Origin: Trichoplax adhaerens
Lineage: Eukaryota > Animalia > Placozoa
Length of the DNA: 64,000 bases
NCBI RefSeq assembly: GCF_000150275.1
Contig: NW_002060962.1
Coordinates: 434,001-498,000 of the forward strand
Direction: 5' to 3'
The translations under genes and the position numbers were made by a program. Below are positions 39,270-50,712 of this stretch, one piece after another (position 1 is the first letter of the stretch; each line of letters opens with the position of its first letter). The notes beneath the pieces were generated by a model that was not told where the DNA came from, ran no database searches, and was given only the letters and a program-made list of their open reading frames with translations.

Positions 39270-41540
39270 TTACAAAGCATTGTTGTCATTTCCTGCAGAT
39301 GCAAGTCTTGCTATATTTCGAGAAGGCCATTTTCGATATTTAAAAATAAAAAATATAATCATAGCTGCAGCTAAAGTACATAATACCGCAAATTGTATGT
39401 ATGTAGCAAGCATGTATGAACGGCTAACACATGTTTCTGGCATGGTCGAATTTTCTGGCGATGAATTATTAACAGAGGCTAATTGAGGCCATAAATCATT
39501 CCAAAAAGCTACATAGTCAGCACGAGGTGCCTTCTGGACACCAAGAGTTGAAGCTAGTTGCAAACATCTTTTACTTTTAGAGTCATACCTAGGCCATGTA
39601 ATACCATTGACTGGCGTGGATGTGGGATTTCTAGACATTAAAGCAACGTCATGTTGATTTATTAGTACCACCTAGATAAATTTGCGAGAACAACATCTCC
39701 GGTGATAAAACACCTGCCTATTCAATCTATCCTATTTTCTAGCAATGATATATTCGTTGACAGTAAAGAGCTTTACAGTACTGTAGTATACAGTATTACT
39801 ATTAATGATTATAATCAAGATAGGGCATTGAGCACGGTCATCACTATAGAGTAAAATCTAAATAATCAATGGAAAGATTGTTCAGTAATTTGTTCGCTAT
39901 TCATTATAGTAAATACGCGTACATCTAGTAGTCCCTTCATCGTTATCGTACTTTGAACTTTGATGATTTAAACATGTGACAACCTCATCATTCATTACAG
40001 CCTAAACTTACCCGGATGCAACGAAATTTGACCATAGATTAATCATTACTCTGCTTAATTTCATATCCTCGCTGGTGTACGAATTACCCTTATGAGACAA
40101 ATTTAACATTGGGTAACCAAAAATATACGGTATTTCCATAGAATGTACAACGCCAACATGAGGTGGGAAGTAGCCAGAGTTGATTATTTTATGATTGAAT
40201 TGGTAAAAATAGGTTACGATGCCATTATCAGACATTTTGTTTAACGTGTATGCCATTGGTGAATTAAATATTCTGTCGGTGAAAAGATCCGATGTCATTC
40301 GCAAGTTATTGGCAGGAGACGTTACGTTTGACCAAGCAGTGTAACGATAGATGACGACTGATCGAGCAGCTTGGCTTGCATTGGGAAATTCTCGATTGAT
40401 ATAATTGAAGAACATCTGGCGAGGCATACCATTATTTAATTGCGGAATTAGAGCAATGAATAAGTCACCTTCATTTTTTAACACTCCACCAATTACCTTG
40501 ACGTTTTTATTTTTCAAAGTACCAGCCTTTAACAGCCTTTTTGGATCGTCGCTAATTAACGTCCCGTCGACGACGATTCTGTAAGCTTCGCTAAGGCCCA
40601 AGATAGTACTAGTTTTACCTTGAATAGAAATAATATCGCCAATAGGCAGATTACGTAAACAGCTTAGAATGTTTTGATTTGAGGCAGATATGTCGCAGGT
40701 TGTACGAGACAGAAAATTTTTGTAAGCTTGGCTAGTTGATTTAAGATCTGGATAATATAACGTAGGCAGTACAGGTGAGCCCCCAGCCATGATGCCTTGT
40801 CTATAAAGCGTCTCTTGCATTGGTGTTGTTGTAATAAACAGACCAACCGATGCAGCGCCTGCAGAGTGACCGCTAATGGTAACACGCTGAGGATCTCCAC
40901 CAAATTGGGCTATATTTTGTTGTACCCAACGAAATACTGCTTGTTGATCATGCAAGCCAAGGTTTGGAGTTATAATAGGCATACCATTACGATCCATTCC
41001 AGTCAAAAAACCGAGCACACCACGACGGTAGTCAAAGGTTACTACAACCATATTACCTAAAGTGGCCAACGCTTCACCATTCCACCAGGCCGCATTGCCC
41101 ATTCCTAGTGAGCCACTATGGATCCATACCAGCACAGGTAGCTTGGATGCTCCTACCTTAGGTGTGAAAACATTTAAATACAGGCAGTCTTCATTTTGGC
41201 TTCCTATTACGTCCGTGAAATTGGCAAAATTGAGACTATAGCAAAGATTGGGTACAGTCTTGGCTTGGAGCACATTGTTCCATTTCATCACCGGCGTGGG
41301 TAGATGAAATCGTAACTGGCCCACAGGTGGGTTTGCATAAGGTATTCCTAAGAAAATAGCGCAATCTTTATTTTCTACTTGGACCATGGTACCTTCTACT
41401 TTACCTGCGTTTGTATCTACTGTGACAGATCCATTTTCGGCCGCAGAACCGCTCATAAAGAAAGCGATTAAAGTAATGATCAGTGTCAATTGCATATTTT
41501 GAACTGGTTTCATCGGATTGCCTAAGGACCTTTTATCCAT
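39270..41540 (-). CDS. CCE8, carboxylesterase with TM and cytoplasmic tail (exons 41540-40012, 39630-39270); the true start may be a downstream ATG
   Basis: GHSAG, GVLKNEG, GVVHSME (intact Ser-Glu-His). Donor GG|GTAAGT at 40011, acceptor tctag at 39631. Exon 2 reads NPTSTPVNGITWPRY...FWN, TM, tail ...GNDNNAL*. Confidence 0.92.
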
Positions 41541-44046
41541 CGAATTTCCAACTGCCTAGGGAAAATTGTGAAATACTTCTGCAAAATTCCCAATGTATTG
41601 TTTTGTATATTGTCGATTACATTTAAACTGATACGGTATTGTACGGTACTGTACACTGTAGAGGACAGTGCAAAACACTGTACAGTACAGTCACTCAATA
41701 AGGACGAGTACAGTACAACCTACTGTACTGTACAGTACTCAGTACTGTACTCTATTGGCAAATGGCAATCTGCCGTCTTGCCTCGAGCTAGACCTGACGG
41801 CTGGCTCTAGCAACTACGTGATAAAAGAAAGAAAGAATGATAATTACGTAATTAAATTAGGGTTCCTAATAATATTGTATATCGCATGAATATGAATATG
41901 AACTTGCTACACTTTCTTGTTTATCGTAATAATAATTCAATAGTCCAGTAGGGCTTGAGCACTGAACAATCACGAGTCCAATAGAGATTAAGTACCGAAC
42001 TAACTTTATTATGCTTTAGGAGCCGTTATATATAAGAGACAATTACCAGTAATGTGCAATAACGGACATGCCATGAATGTTAACGACAATCTTATCTTAT
42101 TCATAATAAGATAACAACTTATTTTCCTAGATATGCTATCTAGGACTTAATCGTCATCATTACAGAACAACTGCAGAAATATACTGTACTGGAATAAACA
42201 GGCTTATTCAATATGATAGATCTTAGCGATACTATGTCTACAACAACGATATTATTTCGTAACAGAACTATTTAAAGAAAACCATGTATTTACTGTTATA
42301 TACAGTAGATGACAGTATCGCTAAAACCCTTATATATCATACAGTTCGTATTGCGGTACAAATTTCATTTTTATCATCTACATGCGGGATTTACAGTACA
42401 ACTGTATCACATTGATATATCTAAGCCATTTAGCAGTTTCGTTCTGGCATACCTGGCTCTTTAAAATACTGTACAGTAGCTACGGCACTGTATAGTGGGA
42501 AAACGAAGCTCAACTTTTATGACTAGTGATGAATTTTGAAAATTTAGGCTGTTGTGAATGTAATTGATTTGACAGTACACATACACCCAGTAGTCAATAC
42601 AATATTATCTCTATCGCCCTAGAGGCACTGTTGAACTTAATGTACTGTTTTGCATTTATACGTGTACAGTATATACAGTACAGTATACGCGTATGCTATA
42701 TGTACAGTACTGTATATGCGTGGATGTAAGTTAGGCATGTAATCTTTTTAAGATGTAGTACAGGATGATTTTGCAGTTTTGTTTTAAAATACTATCTGTA
42801 AGTACAGTAACCTCAACTGTGGATTGTTCATTGAATTGCAGGTGGCCTCATCACTTTTCAGCAGATGGATGTACCTTAGGCGTGAAACGATCACATTTAC
42901 GTGTTATAGAACTATGCATTAAAAGTGGTGGAATTACTGTACTGTGCCGACTTTAAGTAGTGTATATTAAAGCGTAAAGGTGATAGTTTGATTAATAATA
43001 CTCTACATATATAATCAACTAGTCGACCCCCTCACTTGTGATGCTTAGCTTTATTTATTTATTTTAGACGGTAGAATGCACTACATGCATATGATCGTCT
43101 CAAGTTAATGCTACACTCTACAGTAGTTTAAAGTTATTGATCTTGAAGAAATTTATTACCGTAGTATAGCCCCTAGGGGAGCAATTAAATAATATACTCG
43201 GACAGGACTACTAATATTTCAATCTTATAATTTATTGATCTACTGAAACATTTTACTTTTAGGGTAGAAGTGGCACAGGTGTGAATAGTTACAGCCACTT
43301 TGTATTCCTGTTCAACTGTAATGAAACTTTCATTGCATGGGGAAATAGACTAAACTCCAGGTCCTGTTATATAAGCACATCTTATACTCGTATACCGCAC
43401 AGCGCTATTAAAATTGAATCTTTATTAGCTTATCTCTGAGGTTTATTCTAGTCAAAAAAGTAAAGTAATCTAACTTGCAGTCTCTGTCATCAAAATTGCT
43501 GAAATTCATCCATTTCCTGAGATTAGAATTTCGAATTTATTATCATTTTATGGTAGTATACTATCGGATGTTCTTTTAATGATTTCATATTCGGTTGCAG
43601 TTAGTATTAGATCTAAGTAGTTTACAAGAGAAATAAACGTTTAAACCTCCATTGGCGTCGCTTGAATATTTCAAGATTGCTACCTTAAATAAAAGGGCAT
43701 TACTGTATACAGTACACCGTAGATCGCGATTAATGATTTGGCTACTGCATTACAACATTATACCGCGTATGTTTGTACAACATGATATTTATCTATACCG
43801 CCGAATGGTGTAAACTGTCCAAATCATATGTAATAGAGTAGTTGAGACAGTAGGAGACAAACGAAGACTGCCATCGGCTACTGTATCAAAATTTTCTGAA
43901 AAAAATATACTTAATAGCGGTATCGAATAGTATAGTACAATATTGGTTTGAATTTCCAGTCCAAATATTTATCGCCAGTAATATAATGAGCGCCTAGGTT
44001 TTTTAAGGCAAAGGCAAAACTGGTGAGTTAAAATAACTCGTCAGTA

Positions 44047-45616
44047 CTACTTTCCAGAATCTTTGTCATCACTACTCTCTTTACCAGAGTCCAATTTCCT
44101 CTTTCTCCTTTCCAGTGCTGCGGCAGTTACCGCTTTTTGACGCTGTTCGGCCTTTTCCGTCAGTTCTACCAGACGGCCATCCTTGGCCAAGCACTTTAGT
44201 AGTTGCACAATCATTGGTAGATAATTATGGTCTCGCTTTGCATGCTCAATTTTGTATCGCAGACGTTTTTCTTCTTCTACTCGTAGTTGATGATTAGCTT
44301 CATTCATCTTGAGTTCAACCTATATTATCACCAGTGATATCAAAAATTATTCATAGCGATTACAGTATATAACAGGACTATGCAAGCATTAATACTTAGT
44401 GATATCAGGTAATTTATTGATAATTAATTCATAAAATAAGGGCATACAGTAGCATATTCATTTTTTAACTTGAGATAAGCTTCGGTGTCTTTTTTTGTAT
44501 CCAATTTGGATAATTTCCCTTCCAGATCGGATAAATTAGATTGTAACTTTTCTAGATCTGCTTCCAATTTCATTTTGTGATCTGATACTACTGCCATCAA
44601 ATTAAATCGAATCTCGCCGGTTGCATAGCTTGTCATCCGAGATTCCAAAATTGGCTTTACTGCTGTAATCCAATCCTCACCGCATTTGCCTAAATCGATT
44701 GGTCCGTCTTTTAATCCATCCAGCTCATATAGACGTCCGTTAATAGGTACATAGGCTACAAAGTGGAAAGCTTCTTCAGACTTATTGGATGAGTTCTCGA
44801 ATTCAAACATTTGTTGTCTAGCAAAGCTGAACCGTTAATAGAAGCAGTATAAACATTATAAGTTAGATGTTCCATGGGGATCGCAGTAAATTTTGCTATC
44901 GTTATTGCAAGGACGTAGACGAGAAAGACAGTATATTAGGAATGTTTAAGAGTTACGAGCGAGATCTGAGATCTGCTTGACATATTCTTAGTGTTATCTA
45001 CATAACTTCTTACCTGTTGTGCACCTGTCTTATAATATCCATATTACTTAAACTCAAGCCACGCATTGTCGGATCAAAATCAGCACTAAATTCCTTGAAC
45101 TTGTATAACATCTCTCCTAACTGGACGTCTTTGTGGTTACAGTTTAGTAATACACTTAGGACGGCTTGAGTTGCACATGCATTGTTAATTACCTATTGAA
45201 AGTTAAAATTGGAAATTCCATGTTAAGTACATACCATGTTACTTATGATTTCGATAGTATACTGTGGTATTAAGGAGAGAATTAGCTAAGAAAGAGTGAT
45301 ACGTTATGATTTGTCTTCACTAAATATCATATTTAATGCAAGTTCAATCGAAAGTGTCTTTGTTCTTGACCTGTTTGGCAAAGTAGATTTGTCGAGAATC
45401 TTGCACCAGAGAACCTACAGTTTCTTCACCGGGGCGCCATTTGAATAGAAATACCAAACCATGAATTGGCTTCAATTTCTCAAATTCTTCTTTCTCTAGG
45501 GACCATAACTCTTCAACTTGTACTCCAGTAACACCAAAACCCTTTATGAGTTCGGTAAAGATGCGAGGATCACTATCAATCAGGCACCAATTTCCGGCAC
45601 CGTCATCGTCAGCCAT
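44047..45616 (-). CDS. UCHL5: Ubiquitin C-terminal hydrolase L5 (UCH37), 4 exons (45616-45371, 45192-45014, 44826-44448, 44319-44047)
   Basis: GNWCLIDSDP, HGLVFLFKW, FAKQ|VINNACATQA (catalytic Cys), AFHFVAYVPINGRLYELDGLK (His/Asp), IRFNLMAVVSD, and the C-terminal HNYLPMIVQLLK of the UCH37-like domain. Confidence 0.95.
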
Positions 45617-45936
45617 GATAGAAGCTTTGTTCAATTTGTAGTATGTTCTACCCGGGACTTCTCTTACTACTATGGATAGTATAGAAGTTCATGGTACGCG
45701 CTTCTACAATACTCCTCGCTTTGCGCACGCGCACCACGCCAACATAACTTACTAGTACAGTAACTGTACTGTAACAGTTCATGGTCCTAATGGTACGATA
45801 CCGTACCGTACGGTACCGTGCAGTGCAGTACCGTACGGTACTGGAACTGTTCTGCTCTCGTTGACGATCACATGATGAGAAGAGCAAGCAGCTACTTCTT
45901 ACTCTATACTAGTTAAGTATACAAGCGAAGGCAATC
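45617..45936. promoter_or_regulatory. Putative bidirectional promoter UCHL5/RagC-D
   Basis: 320 bp between divergent ATGs. CpG-rich, with GTAC palindromes (cagtaccgtacggtactg, 45826-45843) and the E-box TCACATGA at 45868-45875. Confidence 0.7.
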
Positions 45937-48900
45937 ATGGCTGATGATCATGATCAAGAAGTATGTCTTTATTCGTCGCTAGTTGCACTTATACAAGCTA
46001 TTTTATGTATCAAAAGTACATTTCTTTGTAGAAGAGACCATTGAGATTATAGTATTATTGAACATACATTGATATTGCATCTATTTTTGACAGACACTGG
46101 ATGCGGAAATAAGATATGGTAGCTATGCTATTGGCTCTTTTCCAAGAGAATTTGGGTAAGTCAGTAGTCAGACTCATGTTTTAGTACAGGAGTAATAGTA
46201 GTTTATGTTTTCCTTGAATACATGCACTTTGTTAGAAGTAGATGCTAGCAGTGATAGAGGTTATTGCAACAGGCTTAAAGTATTGTAATTGCTTTATTTT
46301 GCTGGCATAGATTGGCTGGTGAAGTGGAAGACAACCTCAAAGGGATTGAAGATAACGATTTACCCAGAATTTTGTTGATGGGTTTAAGAAGGTAAGATGA
46401 CAGTCGTACTTATTTCTAGCTATTTTCTCCATTCATTTTGATAGATCATGTAATAAATGGATAATGAGGAGGTACATTAGGTATAGAGACTTACAGTATT
46501 ATTGCTGCTGTGCTTACCTTGATTATCTCACTTGAAATGATGATGTATCGTTGTATATAATTTGTTTGCATAACTTATCCTACGTACAATTCGATTGATA
46601 GGATTATCATCATACCAGCCATATTATGTGGAAAACTAATTTTTATCACGACATAATCTTATCATTATAGAAGTGGAAAGTCATCTATACAAAAAGTTGT
46701 CTTCCATAAAATGGCTCCAAATGAGACTCTCTTTCTGGAAAGTACCAATAAAATTGTTAAAGATGGTACGTCCATTTGGATAGATTACAATATCGGTATC
46801 AGTACTTTTTTGATAGCCTATGATCGTAATTAAGAGTATGTCTCTCCAAATAAGCAGTAGAAAATGTGATTGAAATAGCTATAAAATGGATACAATTTAC
46901 ATGCTAAGTAATTGATCCAATGTACATTTTAAATATTTGATATATACTTGAACGTAACATTCTATATAATTGATGGTATCACATTTTTATCAATGATTAA
47001 TTATATAGATCTATCCAGCTCATCATTTATAAAATTTCAGGTACTATAGATAGCAACGTAACATACGTACGTGTATATGCCATGAGCATTTTTGGATTAT
47101 ACAAATTAATGCCAAGTACTAAGAATCCACAATGTATTATTTTCTAGATATGGGATTTTCCAGGCCAAATAGATTATTTCGATTCAGCTTTCGATGCCGA
47201 ATCGATTTTTGGTAATTGTGGAGCCTTAATATTTGTAATTGATTCGCAGGCAAGTTCAAGTAATTTAGTATCAATTTATATTAATTGCTTTACTTTTATT
47301 CTCGCATATACTGTCTACCTATATAGTGTTATATCCTCAACAAGTTTGTTTCCCATAAGTTATAATTTCACATTAATTCAGTACTACCGACTGCATAATA
47401 CCATCAAAAATAGTTGAAGAATTAAAATAAGTCTTTTTCTTTCTTTTAGGATGATTACTCTGAGGCGTTGAATAGATTGAACACTACAGTCATAAAAGCT
47501 CATAAGGTATGCCACTGTTAGCATGTACTTGAGTTTTATGACAAAATTGAATGAATGAATTATTTTGTTTTTTTGAGCTAATCTTGTACACCATTATCGT
47601 CAATCGATTATAGTTGAGCTTCTGTACTGTATTGTACCTATCGAAACTAAAATGGTCTTTATCGCATTTAGGTCAACCCAGACATCAAATTTGAAGTATT
47701 TATTCATAAAGTTGACGGACTCTCAGATGATCATAAGATTGGTCAGTTCATATCTAATAGCGCTAACAACTCTTTTAATATAATAATGCTATCAAGTAAA
47801 TGAATACATTTGGTGATGTTTTTATTATAGAGGTACAGCGTGATATCCATCAACGCGCCACTGGAGATATGGAAGATGCGAGTTTGGAGTCAATTCATTT
47901 GAGGTTACTTATGCTGATGTTGTTACAAAATCTAGGAAAACAATGCGCTTGCGTATTATTATTCTGTCTATTAATAACACAACGATACTGTTTTAAAGTT
48001 AACATGTACGCATTTTTTTTATCCCTTTTATAGTTTCTATCTAACAAGTATATATGATCACTCGATATTTGAGGTATTTGGTGTACTTACTCTTTGAATA
48101 ATTTGTCAAACTAGCTGTTGATAGAAATTGGAACGATTAGGATATTAGTAAAGCTCTGCATAGAACTTAACGATCATGACAGTAACAATAAACATTTTTA
48201 TTGCATAGGCGTTTAGTAAAGTCGTGCAAAAGTTGATAAAGCACTTGGGAACATTGGAAAACTTGCTAAATATTTTCAACTCTGTAAGTCTGTTTCTTAA
48301 CACTGGTGAATAAGGAGTATCTTATGTCATCTTATTGAATGCATGGCTCTGAATATTTTTAGTCGTATTTAACATGGAAGAGGGAATATGTTTATGTTTT
48401 TCTTTGTAATTATTATTGTTGTAGAATTCTGGTATTGAGAAATCATTTCTATTTGATGTCTGCAGTAAAATTTATATAGCAACTGATAGGTATAATAGCT
48501 GATTTGCTTTACAAAATTTATAAACATTAGCTATATTCGTGGTGGTTAATCAAATTTCTTATTTTATTAACTCGTCTTTTTAGCTCTCCAGTAGATATGA
48601 TCACTTATGAACTTTGTTGTGATATGCTGGATGTAGTTATTGATGTCTCGTGCATATACGGGTAAGAACTAGAAGCCATTATAAGACTTTAGTAAAGTGT
48701 TTAGTTATTAAGTAAACGAATTTGCGAAATTCTCGCCGTTATCTCTAGTTTGCAAGAAGATCGTGAGGGTAGTGTGTATGATCAACGTTCAACTTCTATT
48801 ATTCAATTAAATAACTCAACGGTATTATATTTGAAGGAGGTTAACAGGTAAAATAATTACTTTTCTATAAGTTGATAAATAGTAGACACGATTCTTTCCT

Positions 48901-49391
48901 GACTTTTCGATATCTTTTTGGTTAATCTGATAAAGATTTTATATTTACTTTTGTAATAATTAATGTAGATTTATAGCACTGGTAGCGATCCTAAGAGAGA
49001 ACAGCTACGAAAAGCGAGGTATACTATACTATACTTTTTTGATATTATGGTATTTTGAGCTTTAATAATTTGCGTCAAATGTATTGTAGGCTTAATTGAT
49101 TACAATTTTCATTGCCTACGAAAGGCCTTGCAACAGGTTAGTTGACTAGAAAAATAATAGTTGTTGCATGATAGATTAGATACAGTACGTAACGTTTTAC
49201 TGAATTGCTTCTAAATATATTTGCTATTTAGCAGAATGCTTATGATAATAATTTTCATTGCATCTCTTTTAACACTTATTTTAATCCAGGTTCTGGAATT
49301 AGATAAGCGAAATCATCTTAACAGCAATGATAGCAGTGCGAGTGTTGGAGAAAATATTAATGATCGAACTGGAAATTCAGTTATTGCATAA
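45937..49391 (+). CDS. RRAGC: Ras-related GTP-binding protein C/D (Rag GTPase, Gtr2 family), multi-exon
   Basis: [18 protein letters not shown]|[67 protein letters not shown]|[37 protein letters not shown]; stop at 49389-49391. RagC cannot be separated from RagD; this is probably the single ancestral gene. Confidence 0.95.
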
Positions 49392-50712
49392 ATACGTGTA
49401 TATGCATTTACGTATATATTGTTTATTTGACTGCTATTTATGATCACTAATATCATGTATCACGTAGTTGAAAATTTCATTTCTAATAGTACTGAATTTC
49501 TGTTAACAGCGCGAGCCGTCACATTGTACTATATATTGTTACTGTTATGTATGTAACAGTGTCGTTATTGGGCCGCTCATACGACTCATACGGTGATTCA
49601 TTTTCAAATATTAGAAAACCTCTATTGATTGGGCTTATTAATTAACGTTATTTTACAATCTTGATAGCAATTCGATACTGTTTATTTGTGCGTTTACACT
49701 GTGATTATAGATTTCTAGTTCTGCTGCTGTGGTAGTGTAATGGCGAATATTTCCTATAAGTCTTATGTAAAATATGTACTGTATCAATGATTTTGTAACT
49801 ACTATTGTCCATACGGAAGTACTTGTGGCCCGTAAGTAGGATTATACGAAGCCATTATCGATTAATACTACGTAGCTATGTTACGTTTTCGTCTAGGTAT
49901 AATATGTTGATAGCGTTAGTATAAAATTTTCCACTGTTAATCATCCATGATAATAATAAAATTTACTTATTGATTGGTCAAATATTATATGAGTTACATC
50001 TTATCTGCAGTAGCAGTACTCACAGAAAGAGTATAGAATGAATAAAACTATGAAAGTATTGCATACTGTAAGCTAGATGCGATTGATCAGACGTTATTCG
50101 ATGGTTTTAAATTCGTATTTCATCTAAATTATTTCTCTTTTATTTCATAATATATGCGTGCATATTATATTTGAAGAGTAGGGTTTCGTATAGTTGCAGT
50201 TAGAGGAGCCCTTAGAATCTATCCTAGTATAGCTCATCAAAATCTAAACTGTTCCGATTGATAGGAGAAATGAATAGGCTGAATAAAGTTTGATAGATTA
50301 AACTACCCGGTGGCAATCATGTTAATGCTTATCTTAGAGAGATAGTTTTCATTGCATACCAAAATATTAGTACGATGGAGAGTATTTGCTTTATTAAGTC
50401 AATTTTATGCAGCATTTGATATCACTGTTAATTACTTAGGTAATACCTCAGTAAACTACGCAATACACATACTTCCGATATCAAGTAATAATTTGCCATA
50501 AGCATGTTGTAATAATTTGCATATATACAGGAATCCTGAAAATAAAATACGGAAGCCAATAAAATTTGTGTTGCATAAAAGCTATTATCATTAATGGATG
50601 TATGTAGAACTTTACAACATAAGCTTCGAAGGTAGTCATATCTGTTTAGAATATATTTTTTGTTCGTCTTCTAAAGTCTGAAAATAAGGCGTATGGCGAA
50701 TAAAACTGATCT

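Noticed and set aside
1678-41060. Short alternative-frame or antisense ORFs overlapping the esterase genes (e.g. 1678-1890, 14419-14796, 27821-28063, 28486-28845, 40797-41060)
   Set aside because: Shadow ORFs of real coding exons with no recognisable motifs.
1598-41540. Calling the array acetylcholinesterase (ACHE) or true neuroligin (NLGN) orthologs
   Set aside because: There is no GESAG or choline-binding MWNP motif, and all copies retain the nucleophile Ser that neuroligins lack. Orthology needs a phylogeny, so no gene symbol was given.
45648-45887. ORFs rich in TVRY/YSTV (also 41568-41889 and 58318-58521)
   Set aside because: Translations of the GTAC-rich motif clusters or the minisatellite, not proteins.
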